From Candidatus Thalassarchaeum betae (GTDB lineage Archaea > Thermoplasmatota > Poseidoniia > Poseidoniales > Thalassarchaeaceae): a stretch of DNA of 64,000 nucleotides. The translations under genes were made by a program, and so were the position numbers. Below are positions 1 through 8,765 of this stretch, one piece after another (the first letter of the stretch is position 1; each line of letters begins with the position of its first letter). The stretch is from positions 1,645 to 65,644 of the forward strand of contig PSPG01000005.1 of NCBI GenBank assembly GCA_003193925.1, read 5' to 3'. The notes beneath the pieces are model-generated. The model saw nothing but the letters and a program-made list of their open reading frames with translations, was not told the origin of the DNA and did not search any database.

Positions 1-70
1 GACCAGGCTACCCTCTGTGCCTACCCATTTTAGGGCTACGAACGAACCACTGTTCTCACCGAAAGCGAAC

Positions 71-97
71 CAGTGGGTTTAGACTCACGAGAGTCTA
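71..97 (+). repeat. GACTCACGAG motif copy 1 (hairpin TAGACTC-ACGA-GAGTCTA)
   Basis: cagtgggtttaGACTCACGAGagtcta read directly at 71-97. Confidence 0.85.
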
Positions 98-123
98 TCA
101 ACCAGAATTGCTTAGTTGATGCT

Positions 124-750
124 CTATTCCTTACTTTCATCACTCGAAAGGTCGGTTATCTCTCCATTGATTCCGATTATCTTACCCGCTACAAATGCCC
201 AAGGCCCAAACGATGGGCCGAACACACCTCTCAAAGCGATTACGATTCCCACCAATATGAATACACTAGGGGCTAATTTAGGACCATATACCTCGAATAT
301 CATTCTGTATGTAAAACCAGGATAAACGTCTATTTCAGACGGATCATCAGGGTTGTATGCAACCGATTCCAGGTCCAGATAATATTCGCTATCCTGTAAG
401 CATTGGGTTTGCCACGGGTCCACCCCTCCAGAGCCTCCCTGTGTTTGTTCTGACTCCCCATGCACATTGAAGTCACAACTGAAGGTAGAATTGTACTCGG
501 CGCCATCAACAGAATAATTGTAGAAAAATATTTGTGTGCCCTCATCCGCAGTATAATCTTGTCCGATAGCTAGGACCTCGGTTTCGGGCCAATCCTTTGA
601 ATCCCATTCGTCCATGACATAAAATCCACCAAAAAAGGCAACAGCGCCTATTGCCATTAAAATGATAAACAATCCAATTGAAACAAACACGAAATCCGGT
701 CCACGTCCAATATCGGTGCTGGCTTCATCACGATATTCACTATTCGCCAT
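124..750 (-). CDS. Membrane protein, DUF3592-like (two TM segments flanking a soluble domain)
   Basis: ORF 124..774, likely start MANSEY at 750; hydrophobic N- and C-terminal helices; YNYSVDGAEY and VAYNPDDPS motifs typical of DUF3592; AT-rich codon usage. Confidence 0.6.
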   Translation of the reverse strand: MANSEYRDEASTDIGRGPDFVFVSIGLFIILMAIGAVAFFGGFYVMDEWDSKDWPETEVLAIGQDYTADEGTQIFFYNYSVDGAEYNSTFSCDFNVHGESEQTQGGSGGVDPWQTQCLQDSEYYLDLESVAYNPDDPSEIDVYPGFTYRMIFEVYGPKLAPSVFILVGIVIALRGVFGPSFGPWAFVAGKIIGINGEITDLSSDESKE

Positions 751-856
751 AATTCTCTCCCCGCCATTCCACATTTTATTATTCCTCGTTTGGCTAATGT
801 CTCACCAACTGTTTGAACTAACTCGGCCCCCCAGACAGGGAATGAGGTGTCGAGCG

Positions 857-964
857 ATGGTCAGACTGGACTACATCGAGGGCACGCTGCTGTGGTTCGG
901 ATTCCTTGCGATTGTGGTCCTCGTACTCGCACTGACTGTGGTTTTGTTCTGGCAGTCGGTGTAG
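857..964 (+). CDS. 35-aa single-TM microprotein (MVRLDYIEGTLLWFGFLAIVVLVLALTVVLFWQSV)
   Basis: ATG at 857 preceded by GAGGTG SD-like motif at 844-849; one long hydrophobic helix. Confidence 0.5.
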   Translation: MVRLDYIEGTLLWFGFLAIVVLVLALTVVLFWQSV

Positions 965-992
965 CGTCATGCGACCGCCTCCTGAACGAGGC

Positions 993-1012
993 GTTGACTC
1001 TCGTGAGTCAAC
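993..1012 (-). repeat. GACTCACGAG motif copy 2 (hairpin GTTGACTC-TCGT-GAGTCAAC)
   Basis: 8-bp perfect stem around TCGT; contains the TGA stop of the 1008..1217 ORF. Confidence 0.85.
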
Positions 1013-1217
1013 CGCGGGGGATTGGGTTGTGAGGTTGTGAATCTGATTCTGGAGCCTCGTCCTCCCAATAAGTCGGGTTCCAGGAAATATCTCCACCGGC
1101 AAAACCCACCATCCCACAGCGGATGCAGGCTACTCTGAAGAGGATGTAGTCCTCGGAGCACTGCACAATCTCTTCCTCATTGGGCTCTAGGTATTCGTGT
1201 TCGCATTCACCAAGCAT
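1008..1217 (-). CDS. 69-aa acidic small protein with CxH...CxxC putative metal-binding motif
   Basis: C-terminal part of ORF 1008..1598 from ATG at 1217 (MLGECEHEY...ACIRCG); fills the intergenic gap. Confidence 0.45.
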   Translation of the reverse strand: MLGECEHEYLEPNEEEIVQCSEDYILFRVACIRCGMVGFAGGDISWNPTYWEDEAPESDSQPHNPIPRG

Positions 1218-1279
1218 GAGGGCGGACTTGAATGGCCGGCTAATGAATGAGAACAGGGGGGGCGGGGTGAATGTGAATC

Positions 1280-1311
1280 CTCGTGAGTCCGGAAGCTCAG
1301 AGGTACAGACC
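1280..1311 (-). repeat. Motif copy 3, left inverted repeat of the SDR cassette
   Basis: ctcgtgagtccggaagctcag (1280-1300) is the exact reverse complement of 2156-2176. Confidence 0.9.
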
Positions 1312-1347
1312 AATGAACATAAAATACGACTCCCCATAAGTTCGAGC

Positions 1348-2109
1348 ATGAATCGAGAGAGAGCTTTGGTTACTGGCGCATCGAGTGGAATCGGGCGAGA
1401 AATTGCGAGAGTGCTGGCGGCGCAGGATTGCGACTTGGTGATATGCGCCAGGAGACGAACGGAGCTCGAAGCCCTCGCTGAGGAACTCACGACCTCACAC
1501 GGCACGACCGTTGAGGTCGTCACAGCAGATCTGTCCGGCTCAGCGGGTGTAGAGGAACTCATCAGAAGAGCAGGTGACGTCGACATCCTGGTGAACAATG
1601 CTGGTTTTGGAACGTCAGGTAATCACATAGACCTTGATGTGAAGGGCGAATTGGCGATGGTCGACCTCAATGTTCGGACTCTGACTCACCTATCTCACCA
1701 CTATGGGAAACAGATGGCTGCGAAGAAGTCGGGCAGAATTCTAAATGTTGCTTCGATCGCTGCTTTCCAACCCGGGCCGAGCATGGCAACCTACTGCGCA
1801 ACGAAGTCCTATGTCCTGAGCTACTCCCGCGCGCTGCGCCACGAACTCAAGCCCAAGGGTGTCTCCGTCACCGCTCTCTGCCCCGGTCCCGTAGTTACTG
1901 GATTCCAGAAGGCTGCAGGATTGAATATGGGATCGATGGTGATGATGAGCGCCGTCAGTGCCCACAAGGTAGCGGCTGTAGGTGTCAAGGCGATGCGGAA
2001 AGGGCGGCGTGAGGTGATTCCTGGCCTGATGAACAAGCCTATGCCGCTGATTACCCGGCTCACCCCTGTCCGGATGCAACTCGCTATCATGGATAGCGTG
2101 CTCAAATGA
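1348..2109 (+). CDS. Short-chain dehydrogenase/reductase (SDR)
   Basis: TGASSGIG Rossmann motif, NNAG, YCATK catalytic YxxxK; start MNRERA at 1348. Confidence 0.92.
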   Translation: MNRERALVTGASSGIGREIARVLAAQDCDLVICARRRTELEALAEELTTSHGTTVEVVTADLSGSAGVEELIRRAGDVDILVNNAGFGTSGNHIDLDVKGELAMVDLNVRTLTHLSHHYGKQMAAKKSGRILNVASIAAFQPGPSMATYCATKSYVLSYSRALRHELKPKGVSVTALCPGPVVTGFQKAAGLNMGSMVMMSAVSAHKVAAVGVKAMRKGRREVIPGLMNKPMPLITRLTPVRMQLAIMDSVLK

Positions 2110-2143
2110 ACCACTAACGCCTCCAGGACGGGTCGGATATCGT

Positions 2144-2180
2144 GGATCTAAACCCCTGAGCTTCCGGACTCACGAGAGTC
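2144..2180 (+). repeat. Motif copy 4, right inverted repeat of the SDR cassette
   Basis: ctgagcttccgGACTCACGAGagtc; 21-bp perfect inverted match to 1280-1300 with imperfect extension. Confidence 0.9.
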
Positions 2181-2181
2181 A

Positions 2182-2221
2182 AACCCTTTCTTCAAAGGGT
2201 TCCACGATGCTTTTCTTTTTT
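2182..2221 (+). terminator. Hairpin AACCCTTT-CTTC-AAAGGGTT followed by a T-rich tract
   Basis: 8-bp stem at 2182-2201, ttttctttttt at 2211-2221, downstream of the SDR gene. Confidence 0.5.
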
Positions 2222-2274
2222 CTGTCGAGGTCAAGATAAGCGGGGTTCATTGACTCCGCCGCCCTCCGGTCATC

Positions 2275-2439
2275 ATGGACGTGGACGCCATAGGGGGCTT
2301 GTTCGGCGGGATGATCGGCTGCTGCATGGGGCTGACAGTCGGCGCGTTGGTCGGTGGCGTCTTCGGTGCCGTCCTGACCGGCGGCCTGCTCGGTGCGGTG
2401 CTCGGCGCCACGGCCTTCGGATTCCTGCGGAGGGGATGA
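2275..2439 (+). CDS. 54-aa glycine-zipper membrane microprotein (MDVDAIGGLFGGMIGCCMGLTVGALVGGVFGAVLTGGLLGAVLGATAFGFLRRG)
   Basis: Hand-translated; GxxxG periodicity; stop lies 3 nt before the next ATG at 2443. Confidence 0.55.
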   Translation: MDVDAIGGLFGGMIGCCMGLTVGALVGGVFGAVLTGGLLGAVLGATAFGFLRRG

Positions 2440-2442
2440 GAG

Positions 2443-2916
2443 ATGGCCCTGGAGGGAGATTCGGAATTCGAAGACCGGCATGCCGCAGCGCGAGAGCTGC
2501 TCGAGCGACCGCTCGACCCTGCTGAATATGACGCCATTCGGGACCTCTGGAAAGCGCACTCGCTGGCGGAGGACGACCGGGATATCGAGGGGCTGCTGTC
2601 GACATTGACGCCCGACTGCCGCTACGAGTTGCCGCAGCTCGACCGCACTTTTGAGGGGCATGAGGGCGCGACCGAGTTCTACGAGCGACTGCTGGGGGCA
2701 TTCCCCGACATCGATTTCCGCCTCACTAGCATCGTCATCGGTCCGCAGGGCGTGGTTGAGGAGGCGCGTGTCACCGGCACGCACGAACAGGATTGGCTGG
2801 GTTTCCAGGCCACCAACGAGGAGGTCGAGTTCCAAGTCGTAATATTCTTCCCGTGGAATCCGGAGGAACGACTGTTCAGCGGCGAACGGGTCTGGTTCAG
2901 CTTCGAAAAGTGGTGA
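2443..2916 (+). CDS. SnoaL-like / NTF2-fold ester cyclase family protein
   Basis: FYERLLGAFPDIDF and VTGTH...WLGFQAT patterns typical of SnoaL-like proteins. Confidence 0.8.
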   Translation: MALEGDSEFEDRHAAARELLERPLDPAEYDAIRDLWKAHSLAEDDRDIEGLLSTLTPDCRYELPQLDRTFEGHEGATEFYERLLGAFPDIDFRLTSIVIGPQGVVEEARVTGTHEQDWLGFQATNEEVEFQVVIFFPWNPEERLFSGERVWFSFEKW

Positions 2917-2942
2917 CGGATAGCGCCCGCGAGGACGCAGTT

Positions 2943-3605
2943 TCAATGCGGTACGACCTCGGACAATACCGCGAAGTAATGGCTGATGCTTCCCGCGAGG
3001 ACGAACAAATGCCAGATGGCATGGTTGAATGGGATTCTCTTCGACAAGTAGAACACGACCCCGGTCGAGTAGAACACCCCACCGAGCAGAATCAGCCCCA
3101 ACCCGTCCCAGCCCACGGAGTCGAACAGCGGTTTGATCGCAATGACTGCAAGCCACCCCATTATGAGATAAGGCGCCGCTGAGACATAGTTCGGGACCCG
3201 ACGATTTGTGACTCTGATGACGATCCCGAGCACAGCGCAACCCCAGATGATGACGAAGAACGTCCAACCGATCCAACCACGGAGGTTCACCAGGACGAAG
3301 GGGGTGTAGGAACCAGCGATCAGCAGGTAAATCCCAATGTGATCAGCGATCCTCATCCTATGCTTCAATTCAAGATTCGTAACGGCATGATACAGGGTAG
3401 AGCAAAGGTAGCAAGCGATCATGCACAGACCGAAAGTCACGCACGACCACAGTTTCCACGGATCACCGGTCAGATACGCCTCGCCGGCAAGGAAGTACAG
3501 GCCTACGCTGGCTAGGATGACCCCCAGTCCATGGGTGATAACGTTCGCAATCTCCTCGTTGGGCGGATAATGGGAAACGTGCAACCTATGCAGCATTTCT
3601 CCCAT
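2943..3605 (-). CDS. Hemolysin III / PAQR family membrane protein
   Basis: EEIANVITH, STLYH, DHIGIYLLIAGSYTP and HAIWHLFVL motifs; about 7 TM helices. Confidence 0.93.
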   Translation of the reverse strand: MGEMLHRLHVSHYPPNEEIANVITHGLGVILASVGLYFLAGEAYLTGDPWKLWSCVTFGLCMIACYLCSTLYHAVTNLELKHRMRIADHIGIYLLIAGSYTPFVLVNLRGWIGWTFFVIIWGCAVLGIVIRVTNRRVPNYVSAAPYLIMGWLAVIAIKPLFDSVGWDGLGLILLGGVFYSTGVVFYLSKRIPFNHAIWHLFVLAGSISHYFAVLSEVVPH

Positions 3606-3699
3606 CCATCATACCCCTAGAGACGTGTATCCCTTGAGAGTGTCAAAGTTACATTTACTTTACTGTCTGCACCAGTGATGCACGTCGGCCAGACAGTCC

Positions 3700-3882
3700 T
3701 TACTCAGCGGCCTTAGGCGGACACGACACATCGCCGAAGGAGCAGAAGACGCAGCAGTCGCCAGGGAGTGGCTTGAGTACGGTCCCACATCCTGAGCAGG
3801 GGTGGAAGAAGATGCACTGGTCGGTCGGCATCTCCAGTTTCTCGAGATGTCCGCACTCAGGGCACTTGAGGTTCGACTCCAC
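3700..3882 (-). CDS. GDCCVxC domain small Cys-rich metal-binding protein
   Basis: CPECGH...EMPTDQC...C..CG..LKP..GDCCVFCSFG..CPP signature; GTG start. Confidence 0.88.
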   Translation of the reverse strand: MESNLKCPECGHLEKLEMPTDQCIFFHPCSGCGTVLKPLPGDCCVFCSFGDVSCPPKAAE

Positions 3883-3948
3883 CGACGTTTCGCCTCAGCC
3901 CGACGTTTGAATGATTGGTGAAATACCTATTCGTCGAGTTTCCAAACG

Positions 3949-3970
3949 CTCGTGAGTCTGAACCTCACTG
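3949..3970 (-). repeat. GACTCACGAG motif copy 5
   Basis: Minus strand reads cagtgaggttcaGACTCACGAG, overlapping the pirin stop; closely matches copy 1 (cagtgggtttaGACTCACGAG). Confidence 0.85.
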
Positions 3971-4675
3971 ACCTATGAGGTCGAACAGGAGGAGGTAGCC
4001 TTGGTCGCTCCGGCCCTCGATTTCGACCTCGCCGCCCTCGACGATGTAGGCACCGTCGCCCGGCCCGTAGGCCTCCCCGTTCACAACGGCAGTGCCCTTC
4101 GCGACATGGAGGTACCCGACGCGCCCGGCGGCTATCATGTGGGACGCCTGGCTTTCATTGGTGAATGCGCCGCCGTACAGGTAGGCATCCTGATGGATAC
4201 GAAGCGCGCGCTCACCGCCCTCCGGGCTGACTAGGCAGGGCAGGGATTCTCCGATGAGGGGGTCAGCCTGCACCTGCTGGTAGCTCATCGGCAGGCCGTT
4301 CTCGTCGGGGCGTATCCAGATCTGGAGTAACTCCGTGGTTTCGTCCTCGAGGTGGTTCATCTCGGAATGGACGACGCCGATCCCGGCGGACATGATCTGG
4401 ATCTCGCCGGGCCGTATGACGCTGTGCGTCCCGCTGCTGTCCTCGTGCTCGATTGCGCCCGAGAGGACGATGGAGACGATTTCCATGTTGTCGTGGCCGT
4501 GTGCACCGAAGCCCCTGCCTCCCTCGATGCGGTCTTGATTCAACACCCGGAGGGGACCGATGCCGAGGTGGTGGGGCTCGTACCAGCGCGCGAACGAGAA
4601 GGAGTGGTACGCGTCGAGCCACCCGTGGTCGACATGGCCACGTTCGGCCGAGGGGTGGGGGACGAGGACGGTCAT
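3965..4675 (-). CDS. Pirin family protein (YhhW-like cupin)
   Basis: RGH.DHGWL..YHSFSFA, GFGAHGHDNMEI, MSAG.GV.HSEMN and LQIWI motifs. Confidence 0.95.
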   Translation of the reverse strand: MTVLVPHPSAERGHVDHGWLDAYHSFSFARWYEPHHLGIGPLRVLNQDRIEGGRGFGAHGHDNMEIVSIVLSGAIEHEDSSGTHSVIRPGEIQIMSAGIGVVHSEMNHLEDETTELLQIWIRPDENGLPMSYQQVQADPLIGESLPCLVSPEGGERALRIHQDAYLYGGAFTNESQASHMIAAGRVGYLHVAKGTAVVNGEAYGPGDGAYIVEGGEVEIEGRSDQGYLLLFDLIGQ

Positions 4676-4787
4676 GACTCGCGCTTACCCGGGTGTCCTT
4701 TTCAACCTATGAAATCGTGAAGCTGGTTGGATTGAAGATACGACCGAAAATAACGGGTATCTAAGGCCCCTCCGCGAAACGGGGCAC

Positions 4788-5510
4788 ATGGCCAAGCCGA
4801 GATTCGCATATTTGCTCCTGAAGGAGCACCCGTACGGCCGCGAGATGTTGCGGCAGATCCTCTCAGGGGGCTTCGTGCCGCAAATCATAATCGAGGAGGA
4901 CTCGGTGGTCGGCGACGAGGAGCGTGAGAAGTTCCTCAAGCGCATCGAGGGCAACCCGATAGCACCCTCGATCGCTGAACAAGCCGCCGAAAACGGCATC
5001 CCGCTCGTCACCGTCCCGATCCACAACTCGCCCGAGGTGATGCCTCACCTCGAAGGCATGGAGCTCGACCTCATCGTCTTCGGTGGCACCCGAATCATCC
5101 GTGGCGAAATTCTCGACTACCCCAAGGACGGGGTCATCAACGCGCATCCGGGTTTTCTCCCCGATTGCAGGGGCTCGGCCTCACCCGCGTGGTCGGTCTA
5201 CCACGACATCAGGATCGGCTCGACGTGCCACTTCTGCGACAACGGCATAGACACCGGCGAGATGCTGCTAAGGCGCGAAGTCCCGGTGAAGAGGGGCATG
5301 ACGTACGAGGATCTGTGCTACGAAACACTGGCTCTGGCTGGAGTCTTGATGAAGGAGGCATTGATGGCATACGAGGACGGCCGATGGGACGAGATGCGCC
5401 GACCACAAGGTGATAGCGAGCACCCTACCTTCCGCAATGCGTCGGATGAGGTGCTCGAGGTGGTTTACCAGAAACTTGGCGACCAGACATACGCTCATTA
5501 CGTGGATTAG
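4788..5510 (+). CDS. Formyltransferase family protein (Fmt/PurN N-terminal fold)
   Basis: INAHPGFLPDCRG and DNGIDTG motifs of 10-formyl-THF-dependent transferases. Confidence 0.85.
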   Translation: MAKPRFAYLLLKEHPYGREMLRQILSGGFVPQIIIEEDSVVGDEEREKFLKRIEGNPIAPSIAEQAAENGIPLVTVPIHNSPEVMPHLEGMELDLIVFGGTRIIRGEILDYPKDGVINAHPGFLPDCRGSASPAWSVYHDIRIGSTCHFCDNGIDTGEMLLRREVPVKRGMTYEDLCYETLALAGVLMKEALMAYEDGRWDEMRRPQGDSEHPTFRNASDEVLEVVYQKLGDQTYAHYVD

Positions 5511-5518
5511 GTGAGAAA

Positions 5519-6319
5519 ATGACAAATGAACTGCTCAGTGACGGATTTCCCTTCGCTGATGGCGTCCTGGACGGACGGACTGCTCTGGTTTGCGGTGCCT
5601 CGAAGGGCATCGGGCGGGCTTGCGCGCTGATGCTCGCTCGCGCAGGCGCTCGGGTGGTCGCCTGCGCGCGCTCCGCAGACGCTCTCGACTCGCTGGTCGC
5701 TGAAATGCACGGAGAGGGCCACGAGGCCGTGGCTCTCGACCTCGAGGACGTGGATGCGGTGCGCGAGGCCGTCGCCAGTCTCGGTACGATACACATTCTA
5801 TTGAACAACTCAGGGGGCCCTCCCGGTGGACCTCTGCTGGAGAATACACTGGAGGATTTCGAAGGTCCGTTTCGGCGCCACCTTCACGCAGCTCACACCA
5901 TCACGCAAGCCCTGGTTCCCGGGATGGAAGAGGCTGGGACCGGGCGCATCGTCAACATCATCTCGACCTCAGTGCGCGAGCCGATCGACAACATCGGACT
6001 TTCCAACACGCTGCGCGGGGCGATGGCCTCGTGGGCCAAGTCGCTGTCACGCGAGCTGCCCCCCTGCGTGACCATCAACAACATCATGCCGGGGTTCACC
6101 GACACCGACCGGCTGGGCTCGCTGGCCGCATCGATCTCGGAGCACACGGGCAAGCCCGTCGAGGACGTTCGCGACGATTGGATGAGCGGGGTGCCCATCC
6201 AGCGTCTCATCGACCCCCTGGAGACCGCTGCTGCGGTCACTTGGCTCTGCTTGCCCAGCAGTGGCGCTGTTCGCGGCATCAGTCTGGCAGTCGATGGCGG
6301 GAGAATGCGTTCAATTTGA
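5519..6319 (+). CDS. SDR family oxidoreductase (NNSGGPP subtype)
   Basis: CGASKGIG, NNSGGPPGG, SNTLR, VDGG motifs. Confidence 0.9.
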   Translation: MTNELLSDGFPFADGVLDGRTALVCGASKGIGRACALMLARAGARVVACARSADALDSLVAEMHGEGHEAVALDLEDVDAVREAVASLGTIHILLNNSGGPPGGPLLENTLEDFEGPFRRHLHAAHTITQALVPGMEEAGTGRIVNIISTSVREPIDNIGLSNTLRGAMASWAKSLSRELPPCVTINNIMPGFTDTDRLGSLAASISEHTGKPVEDVRDDWMSGVPIQRLIDPLETAAAVTWLCLPSSGAVRGISLAVDGGRMRSI

Positions 6320-6333
6320 ATGGGGGTCCCGCT

Positions 6334-7575
6334 GTGCGGTTCGACATCTTCTTCTCGATCTCGCAGACCCCGGACACCTCCGGCTACACCCCTTCCGAAA
6401 GCGAGATGTTCGCCGGCTTCTTCGATCAGGTCGAGCTCGCCGACGAACTGGGGTTCGGTGTCGGTTGGGTCGCTCAGGCCCACCTCTCCACCGAGGTCCA
6501 GAAGCGCAACAACGAGCCTGTGGTCCCTCACTTCCCCGGCGAGGTCGGGCTGTGCACCGATTTCTTCCAGGTCGCTCAGACCATGTTCGCGCGCACCGAG
6601 CGAATGGAGGTCGGCAGCGCGGTGATGTCCATCCTAGGCTCGGGCGGTCCGATCGCGCAAGCCGAGCGCGTCGGGGCGTTCCTCGCCCTGCACGGCCTCG
6701 ACCCGTCTGAGTCCCGCCGTCTGCACGTAGGATTCTCAGCCGGCCGCTTCGAGTTCATGGCGCGCCCCTATGGCATCGTTCCGCGCGACGTGGTCGAGGA
6801 GGCAGCATGGCCGGCCCTGCGCGGCCAGATCTTCGCAGAAGCCTCTGAGATTTTCCTGCGCCTGCTGAACGGCGAGGTCATCTCCAGCGACATGATTCGG
6901 CCCACGGTCCTGACCCGAGCCAACTTCCGCTCGGACGAAGATTGGGGGAGAGTACAGCTGGCCGCGGTCGAATGCCGGGGCCTCGATGTGGCACCCGACG
7001 AGGTGCCCATCGATCCAAGGTATTCGTTTGAGGAGATCAAGACGATCCCGCAGGAGTGGCGCCGAGAGTTGCTCAACCTCGTGCTGGGCAGCCACGACTC
7101 GAAGCTACAGGCCGAGGTGAACAAGCTGAGGCCGGTCCAAGTGTTCAATCTCAGCATCACGCCGCCTCACATCATCGAACAGACCCATGACAGGTTCAGG
7201 GAGCACTACCACCCTGATGGAGGCCCATGGGAGCGCAGCATGATGCCGCGCACCATCATGGTCTTCGTCAACGACGAGGAGGGGCTCACTCCAGACGAGC
7301 AGGATGCTGCAGCGATGGAGGAGGCGAAAGCCGCGCTTTCGACCTACTGGAGCGCTTTGGAGGGTACGATTGACCCCGCCAAGGTCGAGCGGGCGACGGA
7401 CAATGCTGTGATCGGCAACGTCGAGCGTGTCGGCCAGCAGATTCTCGAGAGATTCCATCCCGACGACCGCCTGATGTGCTGGTTCGACTTCTTCAACCAC
7501 GACAGCGAGCGCGTCAAGAGGAACATGACGGCGTTCATGACCAAGGTCGCACCGCGTGTCAACGGAGGCGCCTGA
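6334..7575 (+). CDS. LLM-class (luciferase-like) flavin-dependent oxidoreductase
   Basis: GTG start MRFDIF; ELADELGF..GWVAQAH, T.RMEVGSAV, R.HVGFSAG luciferase-like motifs. Confidence 0.8.
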   Translation: MRFDIFFSISQTPDTSGYTPSESEMFAGFFDQVELADELGFGVGWVAQAHLSTEVQKRNNEPVVPHFPGEVGLCTDFFQVAQTMFARTERMEVGSAVMSILGSGGPIAQAERVGAFLALHGLDPSESRRLHVGFSAGRFEFMARPYGIVPRDVVEEAAWPALRGQIFAEASEIFLRLLNGEVISSDMIRPTVLTRANFRSDEDWGRVQLAAVECRGLDVAPDEVPIDPRYSFEEIKTIPQEWRRELLNLVLGSHDSKLQAEVNKLRPVQVFNLSITPPHIIEQTHDRFREHYHPDGGPWERSMMPRTIMVFVNDEEGLTPDEQDAAAMEEAKAALSTYWSALEGTIDPAKVERATDNAVIGNVERVGQQILERFHPDDRLMCWFDFFNHDSERVKRNMTAFMTKVAPRVNGGA

Positions 7576-7576
7576 G

Positions 7577-8764
7577 ATGAGCGAGGACGACAGCGGCCGG
7601 CCATCCAGCGTGACCCCCGGCAGACCGGGCTCGGCCATCTACCCGACAAACCCACTGGGCGAGCAGCATGAGGGCATCGCCACCGGGCGTGACGTCGAGT
7701 GGGAGCCGTTGGTCGACTTCCGTCGCATGGACATCTCCGAGAACACCATCCACGGCGCCATCTCTTGGGCCCACGGCACCGAGATCGTCCACTCCTTCGG
7801 CGGTAACGTGCTGATCTACGGGCGCTCGATGATGAAACCGCTGATGATGAAGACCTTCCAAGAGGCGCTGGCCGCAGAGAGCTTGAGCTGGGAGCAGAAG
7901 GCCATCGCCTGCTCCTCGCACAACGGCGACACCGAGCACGTGGCTGCCGCGCAATCGCTTCTGACCGAATCCGAATGGGGGCTGATGCAGTGCCCCCTCG
8001 ACGTCCCGCTCATCCAATTCGGCCGTCAGGTCAGACGTCCCCGCCGCTGGTTCCACACCTGCTCGGGAGAGCACGCGGCGATGCTCAAGGCGCTGCGCAG
8101 GATGGGAATAAACCGGGCTGGTTACACCCTTCCGAGCGCGCCTTGGTTCCCGATGTACCTCGATGTGCTTCGCCGGATTATGGACAAGCCAGACTGGGAG
8201 CCACAGAGGGTGGCCAAGGACGGATGCGGGCTGCCGACCGTCTCGAACACAGTGGACGAGCTCGCAGTGATGTTCGCCGGCCTCGTCCGGGAGAAGGACG
8301 AGGATTGGATCTGGGAGGCGATGAACAGGCACCCGGACCTGATTGGCGGCTTCAACAGACTCGACTCGACTTGCCTGAAGGCGGGCGACGGGCAGTTGCT
8401 CGCGAAGGAGGGCGCGGACGGCCTGCTCGGTCTCTCGATCATACACCCCGACTGGCCGAACGGGCTCGGCATCGTCATCAAGATCGCACATGGCTGGAAC
8501 AGCCAAGCGACCTGGTACGTCGCACGTGCGGTCCTAGGAGTGCTGGGAATCCACCTGCGCAACCCCTACCCGCTCTATCGCCAGAAGGCGTTCATCGTCC
8601 CGGGGATAGTGCCGCCGCAGTATCTCGACGAGCTCGAGGGCGTCGTCACATGGGACGAGTGGGACCCCGACAGAGACCGCTTCACGCTAGACTGGAAGGA
8701 GTACTCCACGGCGATGACCAGGGCGGACCCGTTCTCCAATGAGGGCTCCGAGATGGAGGACTGA
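7577..8764 (+). CDS. Asparaginase II (Rhizobium-type, class 3) family protein
   Basis: RSMMKP, CSSHNG, CSGEH, DGCGLP and AKEGADG motifs. Confidence 0.85.
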   Translation: MSEDDSGRPSSVTPGRPGSAIYPTNPLGEQHEGIATGRDVEWEPLVDFRRMDISENTIHGAISWAHGTEIVHSFGGNVLIYGRSMMKPLMMKTFQEALAAESLSWEQKAIACSSHNGDTEHVAAAQSLLTESEWGLMQCPLDVPLIQFGRQVRRPRRWFHTCSGEHAAMLKALRRMGINRAGYTLPSAPWFPMYLDVLRRIMDKPDWEPQRVAKDGCGLPTVSNTVDELAVMFAGLVREKDEDWIWEAMNRHPDLIGGFNRLDSTCLKAGDGQLLAKEGADGLLGLSIIHPDWPNGLGIVIKIAHGWNSQATWYVARAVLGVLGIHLRNPYPLYRQKAFIVPGIVPPQYLDELEGVVTWDEWDPDRDRFTLDWKEYSTAMTRADPFSNEGSEMED

Positions 8765-8765
8765 C

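Noticed and set aside
3700-3882. Selenoprotein candidate (GDCCVxC family)
   Set aside because: All Cys positions use Cys codons; no in-frame TGA
71-3970. GACTCACGAG repeats as a CRISPR array or classical integron attC sites
   Set aside because: Spacing is irregular (280-1800 nt), orientations are mixed, no cas genes, and no clear RYYYAAC/GTTRRRY boxes
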